Below are positions 1 to 8,163 of a stretch of 14,117 nucleotides of DNA, one piece after another (positions within the stretch are counted from its first letter, which is position 1; every line of letters starts with the position of its first letter). Source of the DNA: a virus (taxonomy: Duplodnaviria > Heunggongvirae > Uroviricota > Caudoviricetes); the IMG/VR virus record IMGVR_UViG_2778261154_000002; one strand, 5' to 3'. A program made the translations under genes and the position numbers. A model generated the notes under the pieces. That model saw nothing but the letters and a program-made list of their open reading frames with translations, was not told where the DNA came from and made no database searches.

Positions 1-199
1 GGTGCTCGTCAAAGGAAAATGCCCTGTGCCATCCTCAGCCGAAACCTCCAGCGCCTCCGGCATGGGCAATGATGCCACCGTCGAACTCTCTCCAGTTGCT
101 GGACGAAACGTTCTCGGTATCCGGGACGGAATCATCAGCGACCAGACAGCATTGAGAATGCTTCAGGAGTACATCAGGATCCAATGCCTTGGGGGGTAG
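1..199 (+). CDS. 3' end of an unidentified ORF running off the left edge (hypothetical protein, C-terminal ~65 aa)
   Basis: Frame is open from the window edge to TAG at 197-199. No motif recognised; its position upstream of the terminase genes suggests the end of the lysis or late-regulatory module, but that is a guess. Confidence 0.3.
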   Translation, partial: VLVKGKCPVPSSAETSSASGMGNDATVELSPVAGRNVLGIRDGIISDQTALRMLQEYIRIQCLGG

Positions 200-287
200 C
201 GGTAATTTTACTCATTATCCTTCAAATCAGATTCTGTTGTCAGAGGAATGGGGGAAGCTGGATTCGCAAGAGCTTTTTATGGGCAGT

Positions 288-797
288 TTAGCTAAAAAAA
301 GGCAACACGAAGCTAAAACTACCAACATAAAGTGCTGACCAGCTAGCAGCTGAAATCAGACTCACTGTATACACTTTCACTGGATGAAGTTGCAACATTC
401 CTGCCACCAAAGGAGCAATATAACGCAGCACGGCGATAAAGCGCGAAGTGAAAAGTATTGACACAGAGTTATTTTGCAACTGAAGGCGAACCCGTTCTAT
501 TGTATTGGAACGGCTCGATATTATACATGCAAGTTGAGGGATATGCCCAATTATTATACCAAGATGGTAATTAACGATAGTACCGCACCATGCGCCACTC
601 ATGACCGTGATTCCAGCTTCCCATGGTGAAAGAGTCGTCTTGCTGACTGTAATTACAGTGGCCATCATAATTGATGCTGGTGGCAATATCGCCGAAATGA
701 GTAAAGTGGATTTTGTGAACGCTATTATAAAAAGAAGCCCCCATAGGCGATATGGATGAAGTACAAAATAGTTCATCAAAGCATTTATCCACTCCAT
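288..797 (-). CDS. Small inner-membrane protein, DedA/YqaA-like (VTT-domain superfamily); prophage moron
   Basis: Minus-strand ORF with ATG at 795-797 (a TTG sits one codon upstream at 798-800) preceded by AAGGA; stop at 288-290. About 169 aa with several hydrophobic spans. By eye it resembles E. coli YqaA-type DedA proteins (ILPPASIMMATVI... GAWCGTIVNYHLG... RFIAVLRYIAPLVAG). The region is clearly AT-richer than the flanking phage genes and is oriented against the late operon. Confidence 0.55.
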   Translation of the reverse strand: MEWINALMNYFVLHPYRLWGLLFIIAFTKSTLLISAILPPASIMMATVITVSKTTLSPWEAGITVMSGAWCGTIVNYHLGIIIGHIPQLACIISSRSNTIERVRLQLQNNSVSILFTSRFIAVLRYIAPLVAGMLQLHPVKVYTVSLISAASWSALYVGSFSFVLPFFS

Positions 798-994
798 CAA
801 TGTCTTTCCTTCTGTGAATTTTTCTTTGCTATTTAACCGTGATACGACTTAATTTAGGCTTAAACACCTTACATTTACAAGGTACTCCTGTGGGGGGCCC
901 TGCCACGGAGCGTCGCAGGAGTGAGTGATGAGGAAGAATTAAAGCAACCTATTGTGACAGGCAGCGATAACAGTAAATCACAGGAAGCATAATC

Positions 995-1759
995 ATGGCA
1001 AAACCGGACTGGGAGGCCATCGAATCGGCATACCGGGCCGGAGTCCTTAGCCTCCGTGATATAGGCGAGAAATACGGCGTTACAGAAGGGGCTATCAGGA
1101 AGAGGGCCAAAAAGCTTGGTTGGGCACGCAGTGGCGGTACGCAGGTTTGCAAAAATGGTACGCAAAAAAGGAAAGTGCGTACCAGCAGAAAGCCTGCCAT
1201 TACTGGCCTTACACAAAAAAGTACGCAACTAAAAACAGAATCTACACCGGATACGAAACCGATACGCGGAATGCGTACCGATCCCCCGACTAACCCATTC
1301 CAACCCGGTAACCAGCAGGCATTAAAACACGGTGGTTATGCCCGTCGCCTTCTGCTCAAAGATGAGGTGATAGAGGACGCTAAAGCGTTGACGCTCGAGG
1401 ACGAATTATTTCGCCTTCGTGCTAACAACCTTGTCGCTGCAGAGAATATTGGCCGGTGGTTGGTGTCGCTGGAAGATGCTAATGGGGACCAGGAAAGGAA
1501 GATGCTGATTGAAAATATCAGCGCCGCCGAGAAAGCAATGATGCGCAATACAATTCGTATTGAGTCCATCGTTGGCACGCTTGCGACGGTAGGAAAAATA
1601 TTTGCTGATACAGCCTACCGCAAGGCCGCCACTGATAAGGTGTCTCTGGAGGCTGATCGTCTTCGCCGTGATGCAGGTATTGATGATGGCAATGGAGAGC
1701 GTGACCTCAATGACTTCTACTCTGACATCCAAACCGACGCTGAATCCGGCTTTACGTAG
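995..1759 (+). CDS. terS: Phage terminase small subunit (HTH-containing)
   Basis: ATG at 995 preceded by AGGAAG; stop TAG at 1757-1759. The N-terminus (MAKPDWEAIESAYRAGVLSLRDIGEKYGVTEGAIRKRAKKLGW) looks like a helix-turn-helix, followed by a basic region and a NPFQPGNQQALKHGGY motif typical of small terminase subunits. It lies immediately upstream of the large terminase subunit. Confidence 0.8.
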   Translation: MAKPDWEAIESAYRAGVLSLRDIGEKYGVTEGAIRKRAKKLGWARSGGTQVCKNGTQKRKVRTSRKPAITGLTQKSTQLKTESTPDTKPIRGMRTDPPTNPFQPGNQQALKHGGYARRLLLKDEVIEDAKALTLEDELFRLRANNLVAAENIGRWLVSLEDANGDQERKMLIENISAAEKAMMRNTIRIESIVGTLATVGKIFADTAYRKAATDKVSLEADRLRRDAGIDDGNGERDLNDFYSDIQTDAESGFT

Positions 1760-3113
1760 TTTCTGGACTATGCGGGCACGTAACAAAGTGCTTTATGGTG
1801 GTCGGTCATCGTCAAAATCATGGGATGCCGCTGGCATTGCCATATTTCTGTCGAATAAATACACCCTGCGTTTTTGTTGTGCCCGTCAGATCCAGAATAA
1901 AATCGAAGAGTCGGTGTATACCCTGCTCAAAATTCAGATAGACAGGTTTGGTCTGCGGCACCGTTTCCGTATTCTGAACAACAAAATCATAAACCGGGTT
2001 ACTGGCTCGGAATTTGTTTTTTATGGATTATGGCGCAACATCGAAGAAATTAAGTCACTGGAGGGGATCGATGTGTTGTGGCTGGAAGAAGCCCACGCAC
2101 TGACGGAATACCAGTGGAAAATTCTGGAGCCAACGATCCGTAAAGAGGGTTCGGAATGCTGGTTCATATTCAACCCCGGACTTGTTACTGATTTCGTCTG
2201 GCGCAACTTCGTTGTTGATCCGCCCGAAGGCACTCTCATCCGCAAAATTAACTATGACGAAAATCCGTTTCTGTCTGACACCATGCTTAAGGTTATCGAC
2301 GCGGCGCGACGCCGTGATCCGGATGGTTTTAAACATGTGTATGAGGGCGTTCCGGAGTCTGATGATGATGCGGCAATCATCAAACTGTCTTGGATAGAAG
2401 CCGCAGTGGATGCGCACAAAACGTTAAATTTCGAACCCAGTGGAAGAAAGCGTATTGGCTTTGACGTGGCTGACAGTGGTACAGATAAGTGCGCTAACGT
2501 TTACCGTCACGGATCCGTTGTTTTCTGGGCCGACGAATGGAAGGCCAAAGAAGATGAATTACTGAAGAGCTGCCAGCGTACTTATCAGGCGGCGCTGGAG
2601 CGTGAAGCAGATATTGTTTACGACTCTATCGGTGTTGGTGCGTCTGCCGGTGCTAAATTCTCTGAAATTAACGCTGACCGGAAGAGCGAGAACGCATACG
2701 CGCGACGTGTGAATTACCAGAGGTTTAACGCCGGTGCTGGTGTGCATGAGCCAGATGACGAGTACAACGGCATCCCCAACAAAGACTTTTTCGCAAATCT
2801 TAAGGCTCAGGCATGGTGGCTGGTGGCTGACCGTTTCAGAAATACGTTTAACGCCATTAACAACGGAGAACAGTATCCTGTGGATGAGCTGATCAGCATA
2901 GATTCTCGTTGTCCGTTGCTTGAAAAGCTGAAACTGGAACTGACAACACCTCATCGTGATTTCGACCGTAACGGACGTGTGATGGTCGAAAGTAAAAAAG
3001 ACCTCGCAAAACGCGAGATACCGTCACCAAACGTTGCTGATGCATTCATTATGGCCTTCGCGCCAATCGATACATCGCTGGATATCTGGGAACAGCTGGG
3101 GAGACAGGCCTGA
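1710..3113 (+). CDS. terL: Phage terminase large subunit (PBSX / Terminase_3-like ATPase-nuclease)
   Basis: Walker A-like VLYGGRSSSKSWD near the N-terminus and a Walker B-like VLWLEEAH. Stop TGA at 3111-3113 overlaps the portal ATG. The start is ambiguous: in-frame ATGs at 1671, 1683, 1686, 1692, 1710 and 1770. I chose 1710 (GGAGAG upstream) because the conserved-looking LNPALRSFW segment precedes the 1770 ATG; this gives a 50-nt overlap with terS. Confidence 0.85.
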   Translation: MTSTLTSKPTLNPALRSFWTMRARNKVLYGGRSSSKSWDAAGIAIFLSNKYTLRFCCARQIQNKIEESVYTLLKIQIDRFGLRHRFRILNNKIINRVTGSEFVFYGLWRNIEEIKSLEGIDVLWLEEAHALTEYQWKILEPTIRKEGSECWFIFNPGLVTDFVWRNFVVDPPEGTLIRKINYDENPFLSDTMLKVIDAARRRDPDGFKHVYEGVPESDDDAAIIKLSWIEAAVDAHKTLNFEPSGRKRIGFDVADSGTDKCANVYRHGSVVFWADEWKAKEDELLKSCQRTYQAALEREADIVYDSIGVGASAGAKFSEINADRKSENAYARRVNYQRFNAGAGVHEPDDEYNGIPNKDFFANLKAQAWWLVADRFRNTFNAINNGEQYPVDELISIDSRCPLLEKLKLELTTPHRDFDRNGRVMVESKKDLAKREIPSPNVADAFIMAFAPIDTSLDIWEQLGRQA

Positions 3114-4579
3114 TGGCACGAAACAAACAAGCCCTGCGGCGAACTGTGCAGGCCACAGCTGATGGTTATGAGAATTTTATTGCCCGCGTAGGGATGCAGA
3201 CACCTAACCAGCACTCAGCATCCACCTACCGGGCTAATTTCACCAGTCGTAACCGCATGCTGGTGGAATGGTCCTATCGTTCATCCTGGATCATCGGCGA
3301 AGCAGTCGATGCTATCCCGGATGATATGACCCGCAAAGGCATTCGCATCACTTCGGAAATTGATGCAAAAGATCGTGGCATTCTCGAATCACAACTGGAT
3401 GAGTTGCAAATCTGGGATGCGCTGAATGACGTGCTGAAATGGTCGCGCCTCTACGGCGGCGCGGTGGGTTTCATCATGATTGAGGGGCAGGCACCAATGA
3501 CCCCGCTGCGACCCGAAACCATCGGTAAGGGCAAGTTTAAGGGGATTCTCCCGCTCGACCGCTGGATGGTCGACCCGGCACTGACCCGCCGCATTAAAGA
3601 TATGGGGCCGGACCTGGGTAAACCTGAGTTTTACGATGTGGTGACCACAGCAACGGGAATTCCTGCCTGGCGCATTCATCACAGTCGCCTGATTCGCTTT
3701 GATGGCGTCACGTTGCCATTTCAGCAGAAGATGACCGAGAACGAATGGGGAATGTCGGTTGTAGAGCGTATCTGGGATCGTCTTACCGCGTTCGACAGCG
3801 CTACTGTCGGCGCGGCGCAGCTGGTCTACAAGGCGCATTTGCGTACCTACAGCGTGGAGAAGCTACGCGAGCTTATCGCACTTGGTGGTCCTGCGTATGA
3901 AGCGTTGCTGAAGAATATCGACCTGATTCGACAGTTCCAGAGTAATGAAGGCATGACGCTCATGGACTCGCGGGATAAGTTTGAAACCCATCAGTACAGC
4001 TTCAGTGGTCTGGATGACATCCTTTCGCAGTTTGCAGAACAGATTAGTGGCGCTGTTGGTATCCCACTGGTGCGGTTGTTCGGACAGTCCCCGAAAGGAT
4101 TTTCTACCGGTGATGCAGACCTTGCCAACTATTACGATCGCATCAGTTCGTTGCAGGAGAGGCGTTTACGTCTTCCGGTGCGGCGGATACTGGACATCAT
4201 GCATCGTTCGGAACTTGGCAAGCCGCTGCCGGACGATTTCACGTTTGAGTTTAACCCGCTCTGGCAAATGTCTGATGTCGATCGCTCAACGGTGGCGTTA
4301 AACACCACCAACGCAATCAGTACGGCGCTGGGTGATGGTCTGATGACACTGAAAGCCGCTATGACTGATTTGCGAGAAAATTCTGACGTAACCGGCATCG
4401 GGGCATCCATTACCGACGAGGACATCGAGAATGCCGAAGATGAAGCGCCGCCCGGCATCGGCGAACCTGATGACGAACCGCAGGAGCCGTCAGGCGGAAA
4501 TCCGGTATCGAACCAGCCTACGCAGGATAGCGAGGGCGGTCGGAGACATCGTAAATGGTCGCTACGATGGTTCAAATGA
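3113..4579 (+). CDS. Phage portal protein (DUF1073-like)
   Basis: 488-aa ORF translationally coupled to terL (TGATG overlap). Position after the terminase, size and the acidic C-terminal tail (EDIENAEDEAPPGIGEPDDEPQEPSGG) are typical of portal proteins. Family assignment is by resemblance only. Confidence 0.85.
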   Translation: MARNKQALRRTVQATADGYENFIARVGMQTPNQHSASTYRANFTSRNRMLVEWSYRSSWIIGEAVDAIPDDMTRKGIRITSEIDAKDRGILESQLDELQIWDALNDVLKWSRLYGGAVGFIMIEGQAPMTPLRPETIGKGKFKGILPLDRWMVDPALTRRIKDMGPDLGKPEFYDVVTTATGIPAWRIHHSRLIRFDGVTLPFQQKMTENEWGMSVVERIWDRLTAFDSATVGAAQLVYKAHLRTYSVEKLRELIALGGPAYEALLKNIDLIRQFQSNEGMTLMDSRDKFETHQYSFSGLDDILSQFAEQISGAVGIPLVRLFGQSPKGFSTGDADLANYYDRISSLQERRLRLPVRRILDIMHRSELGKPLPDDFTFEFNPLWQMSDVDRSTVALNTTNAISTALGDGLMTLKAAMTDLRENSDVTGIGASITDEDIENAEDEAPPGIGEPDDEPQEPSGGNPVSNQPTQDSEGGRRHRKWSLRWFK

Positions 4580-5213
4580 CAGTATCACGGAAATTATTGC
4601 GGCGCTGGAGCGTTACAGTGAAATCATCACCCCCTGGGCGACAAAGGTCGCGGAAAACTTTACTGCGGACCTAACCCGGCAGAACGAGAAAGTTTGGCGG
4701 CAACACAGCAAGAACATCAGTCGCGAGCTCCGCAATCTTGTGGAAAGCGCTCCTGTGGGCCAGGTGATGCAATCCATCATCGCCGAACAGGTCAAGTACA
4801 TCAAATCTCTGCCTCTCGAGGCCGCAGACAGGGTGTACGACATCCAGAACAAAGCGATAGAGGCTGTTGTCACCGGTGGTCGGGCGGAGCAGTTTGCTAA
4901 AGAGATTGCATCTACCGGCGATGTTGCTAAGTCTAGGGCCGATCTGATTGCCCGAACGGAACTGGGAAGAGCAACGGGCGCGCTGGATATGGCCCGAGCG
5001 ATAGCTATTGGCTCGGATGGTTATATTTGGCGTACAGCCGATGATGGCGATGTCCGAGATTCCCACGATCACATGAAAGGTAAATTCGTCCGCTGGGATT
5101 CACCTCCAACTTTGGACGGCATGACCGGCCACGCGGGCGAGCTGCCAAACTGCCGCTGCTATAAAGAGATCGTGTTTGTTCGCGTTCCATTCGCAATGAA
5201 AAGGGCAGCATAA
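4431..5213 (+). CDS. Phage head morphogenesis protein, SPP1 gp7 / Mu F-like (minor head protein)
   Basis: 260-aa ORF ending in the family-typical C-terminus (DVRDSHDHMKGKFVRWDSPP ... ELPNCRCYKEI). ATG at 4431 is preceded by GAGGA. The start lies 149 nt inside the portal ORF in another frame; alternative in-frame ATGs are at 4440 and 4470. Confidence 0.75.
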   Translation: MPKMKRRPASANLMTNRRSRQAEIRYRTSLRRIARAVGDIVNGRYDGSNDSITEIIAALERYSEIITPWATKVAENFTADLTRQNEKVWRQHSKNISRELRNLVESAPVGQVMQSIIAEQVKYIKSLPLEAADRVYDIQNKAIEAVVTGGRAEQFAKEIASTGDVAKSRADLIARTELGRATGALDMARAIAIGSDGYIWRTADDGDVRDSHDHMKGKFVRWDSPPTLDGMTGHAGELPNCRCYKEIVFVRVPFAMKRAA

Positions 5214-5216
5214 CCC

Positions 5217-6437
5217 ATGAAATACTTTTTTGAGACCAGGCTCGGGGAAACCCGATACCGCCTGGCTGACGGCTCGTTGCTGTGCAAAGACGTGCCGATA
5301 GGACGAACAGGTAAGCAGCTCTATGGTGCTGATGACCTGCCAAAACTGAAACCCGATAAGTTCGGTGAAATAGTCGTCACGCGTTCTCCTGAGCAGGTAT
5401 TCCATCCGGCCACGCTTGCCTCATTCGAAGGGATGAGCATCACGATCCTGCATCCTGAAGATGAAAACGGGAATGTGCGGCTGGTAAATCCCGAGAACTG
5501 GAAAGAGCTTGCTGTCGGGCACCTCCAGAATGTCCGGCGCGGGACGGGTGAGCAGTCTGATTTGATGCTGGCTGACCTTATCGTCAAAGACGAAAGCGCC
5601 ATTCAGCTTATCGAAGATGGCCTGCGCGAAGTGTCGTGCGGCTATGACGCGGAGTACGAGCAGACCGAGCCAGGTAAAGCCGAGCAGGTCGATATTACCG
5701 GAAACCATGTGGCTCTTGTCCCTAAAGGCAGAGCCGGAAATCGTTGTGCAATTGGAGACAGAGACACAATGGCAAATCAAAAGAAAAACTGGTGGAACCG
5801 CATGCGTGCGGCCATCAAGACAGGAGATGCCGACACCATGAACGAACTGGTGGAGTCGGCTCCCGCATCGGTTACAGGAGATGAGGGGGATTTGCCGCAG
5901 GGCGTTAATCTCAACATCAACCTGTCCCCGCAGCAACCACTACCGGACAAAGCACCAGAGATGGGCGGAGATCCAACCGGCGACAGTGATGATGACCTCA
6001 AAACATTACTGAAAGCCCTGCTGGCTAAGCTGGAAAGAAATGCCACGGGCGATAACGATAATAAGCCTGACGATAATCCGACCGGTGACGGCGAGGACGA
6101 TGAAGAGGAAACCACGATTACTGGTGACTCAGCCTGGCGTGCCGAAGTTATCGTTCCGGGTATCGATCTGAGCCGTAAGATGAAACCGACCGCGTTCAAA
6201 CGCGAGGTTCTGGCTTCTGCTGACAAAACGCTGGTTCGCCAGATAGTCGGTGATGCGGATATCCGCAAATTACCGAAACAATCGGTCGACATGGCGTTTA
6301 ATGCCGTGTCTGAGGTTGCCAAAGGGCGAAACACCCGCGCCACCACCGGCGATGCACAGCGCCTAAACATGGGCATGACCAGTATCGCTTCCCTGAACAA
6401 ACAAAACGCTGAATTCTGGGCAAGCCGTAAAGGGTAA
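5217..6437 (+). CDS. Putative prohead protease / scaffolding fusion protein (DUF2213-like)
   Basis: 406-aa ORF starting 4 nt after the head morphogenesis stop. N-terminal globular half, central acidic low-complexity linker rich in TGD motifs, and a C-terminal predicted helical segment. Its position between the MuF-like gene and the major capsid gene fits a protease/scaffold. Confidence 0.65.
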   Translation: MKYFFETRLGETRYRLADGSLLCKDVPIGRTGKQLYGADDLPKLKPDKFGEIVVTRSPEQVFHPATLASFEGMSITILHPEDENGNVRLVNPENWKELAVGHLQNVRRGTGEQSDLMLADLIVKDESAIQLIEDGLREVSCGYDAEYEQTEPGKAEQVDITGNHVALVPKGRAGNRCAIGDRDTMANQKKNWWNRMRAAIKTGDADTMNELVESAPASVTGDEGDLPQGVNLNINLSPQQPLPDKAPEMGGDPTGDSDDDLKTLLKALLAKLERNATGDNDNKPDDNPTGDGEDDEEETTITGDSAWRAEVIVPGIDLSRKMKPTAFKREVLASADKTLVRQIVGDADIRKLPKQSVDMAFNAVSEVAKGRNTRATTGDAQRLNMGMTSIASLNKQNAEFWASRKG

Positions 6438-6440
6438 AAA

Positions 6441-6947
6441 ATGAATAATGTATTTCTGTACCGGATGCCTGTTGGCATTGCCGGGGCTGTCTCTCGCCCG
6501 CAGGACTTAACCGTCGAACCGGTGGTCCTTAAATCCGATAACGCCTTCGCTGCCTATGGCCTGGCTGGTAAATACGATGATGACGGTTTTTTCGTGCCGC
6601 TGGCAGATGGTGATACCGCAGACAAGGTGAAGGGGATCTACGTGCGCCCTTATCCGACCACGTCGCAGCCGGACATGGTTCGCCAGGTGGGAACAGGCAA
6701 GAACTTCCCGGGCGACGCCATGAAGCGTGGCTACGTGACCGTTAATCTCGGTTCTGATTTTGATGCCAGCACTATCAAAAAAGGCGATCCGGTATACGTT
6801 GTCGTCTCCACTGATGAATCCATCAAAGTGCCGCTGGGTGGATTCATGTCCACGTCAGTCAGTGGCAAAAACGTGGTGCTGACCAACGCTGAATTCACAG
6901 GTGCCGGTGATGCTGACGGCAATGCAGAAATTTCCTGGAAGATTTAA
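6441..6947 (+). CDS. Putative capsid decoration / structural protein
   Basis: 168-aa ORF with AAGGG RBS, immediately upstream of the major capsid gene. Function is inferred from position and size only. Confidence 0.55.
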   Translation: MNNVFLYRMPVGIAGAVSRPQDLTVEPVVLKSDNAFAAYGLAGKYDDDGFFVPLADGDTADKVKGIYVRPYPTTSQPDMVRQVGTGKNFPGDAMKRGYVTVNLGSDFDASTIKKGDPVYVVVSTDESIKVPLGGFMSTSVSGKNVVLTNAEFTGAGDADGNAEISWKI

Positions 6948-6958
6948 GGAACAGACGA

Positions 6959-7900
6959 ATGATTACTTTTGATCAGGCAACCGTTGACAGCTCTGGTGCC
7001 TTTCTCATCGGGGAGCTGGAGCGACTCGACCAGACGCTGAACCTGCCACTGGTGGGGTACACCTGGAGCCGCGATATTCAACTGCGTGAAGACGTCTCCA
7101 TCGCAGATGACATTTCCAGCTGGACGAATACCAGCTTCGCCGCTGCGGGTACTGGCGCAAATCCGAATGGAAAAAACTGGGTAGGCAAAGACTCAACCGC
7201 TATTGCTGGCGTGAACGTGGATATCGGCAAATCCGGTAACCCGCTGAACCTGTGGGGGATGGAACTTGGCTGGACGGTCATAGAATTGCAGGCTGCTCAG
7301 CAGGTCGGCCGCCCGATTGATACGCAGAAGTATGACGGTATGCAACTGAAATGGCAGATGGATAACGATGAACAGGTATATGTTGGCGATTCCGCATTAA
7401 ACCTGAAAGGCCTTGTTACCCTGGACGGCGTGCCTGTCAACAACGCTGCCAAAACGTGGGCAACCTCAACACCGGACGAAATCCGCGCAAGCATTAACCA
7501 GGTGCTGTCTGATGCGTGGGCCGCTTCTGGTTACTCTGTGGTTCCGCGTGATTTGCTGATCCCGCCTGAGCAGTTTGCTCTGTTGTCCAGCATCATCGTT
7601 TCATCTGCAGGTAACCAGTCCCTGTTGACGTACCTTCAGACCAACACCATCAGCTATCACCAGAACGGTGTTCCGCTGAATATCCGCGCGGTTAAATGGC
7701 TGAAAGGCCGTGGTGTGGGGAATAAGGATCGCATGGTTGCGTACACCAACGATAAAAAATACGTCCGCTACCCGCTGGTTCCGCTTCAGAGCGTGCCGGT
7801 GCAGTATCGCGGTCTGTATCAGATCGTCACTTACTACGGCAAGCTGGGTGCAGTCGAGCCAGTGTACAAAGAAACCATTTCGTACGTTGATGGCATTTAA
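6959..7900 (+). CDS. Major capsid protein (DUF2184-like, HK97-fold inferred)
   Basis: 313-aa ORF with AAGGA RBS and TAA stop at 7898-7900. Size and position after protease/scaffold and decoration-like genes fit a major capsid protein. It is followed by a GC-rich hairpin. Confidence 0.75.
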   Translation: MITFDQATVDSSGAFLIGELERLDQTLNLPLVGYTWSRDIQLREDVSIADDISSWTNTSFAAAGTGANPNGKNWVGKDSTAIAGVNVDIGKSGNPLNLWGMELGWTVIELQAAQQVGRPIDTQKYDGMQLKWQMDNDEQVYVGDSALNLKGLVTLDGVPVNNAAKTWATSTPDEIRASINQVLSDAWAASGYSVVPRDLLIPPEQFALLSSIIVSSAGNQSLLTYLQTNTISYHQNGVPLNIRAVKWLKGRGVGNKDRMVAYTNDKKYVRYPLVPLQSVPVQYRGLYQIVTYYGKLGAVEPVYKETISYVDGI

Positions 7901-7907
7901 CAGCCAT

Positions 7908-7928
7908 ATGGCCCCCTGGCGGGGCCAT
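7908..7928 (+). promoter_or_regulatory. Perfect 8-bp GC-rich stem-loop (ATGGCCCC-ctggc-GGGGCCAT) just 3' of the major capsid gene
   Basis: Inverted repeat read directly from the sequence. There is no downstream U-tract, so it is more likely an RNA stability or processing element, or a partial attenuator, than a classical intrinsic terminator. Confidence 0.35.
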
Positions 7929-7941
7929 TAAGGATGACCCG

Positions 7942-8163
7942 ATGGCAAAAAATAATGCAGTAATACACGTACATACCCCGTTTGTGCTCACGCTTCCCGA
8001 CGGTTCGCGGCGCGAGTTTGTTAAAGGCCGTCATGCAGTGGAGGAAGACGTTGCCACGCACTGGTTCACTCGTGCGCACGCGGAAGTATCCGTTGGCAAA
8101 GCCACAGACGCGCGTAACGAGGTAAAAAATGCCAAAGAATCAAAGTCTGCCAGCGGTAAGTGA
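7942..8163 (+). CDS. Small hypothetical phage protein (73 aa)
   Basis: ATG at 7942 preceded by AAGGA at 7-nt spacing. It sits between the capsid gene and the head-tail joining genes and has a lysine-rich C-terminus. No family recognised. Confidence 0.5.
   Translation: MAKNNAVIHVHTPFVLTLPDGSRREFVKGRHAVEEDVATHWFTRAHAEVSVGKATDARNEVKNAKESKSASGK

Noticed and set aside
255-280. Possible intrinsic terminator (AAGCT...AGCTT followed by TTTTT) between the convergent left-end ORFs
   Set aside because: The stem is only 5 bp with an 11-nt loop, too weak to call a terminator from sequence alone.
875-1228. Minus-strand ORFs (875-1228 and 949-1200) overlapping the terS start
   Set aside because: Antisense to the HTH-containing N-terminus of terS; no RBS and no recognisable protein features.
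1602-1769. TTG at 1602 as the terL start (longest ORF in the track)
   Set aside because: It would overlap terS by 158 nt and add a hydrophobic, Cys/Trp-rich N-terminal extension (MLIQPTARPPLIRCLWRLIVFAV...) that does not look like a terminase N-terminus. Internal ATGs nearer the Walker A motif are more plausible.
4431-5213. Possible MuF-associated polymorphic toxin domain on the head morphogenesis protein
   Set aside because: The protein is only 260 aa and ends right after the canonical MuF C-terminal motif (NCRCY...), leaving no room for a C-terminal toxin extension.
5777-6478. Long minus-strand ORF (233 aa) antisense to the protease/scaffold gene; similar antisense ORFs at 5421-5936, 5005-5343, 4132-4575, 3389-3838, 2055-2417, 2559-2954 and 9050-9472
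   Set aside because: Each lies entirely antisense to a well-supported + strand phage structural gene. Their translations are low-complexity (Ser/Pro/Arg-rich) and lack RBS context, as expected for stop-poor antisense frames in GC-rich coding DNA.
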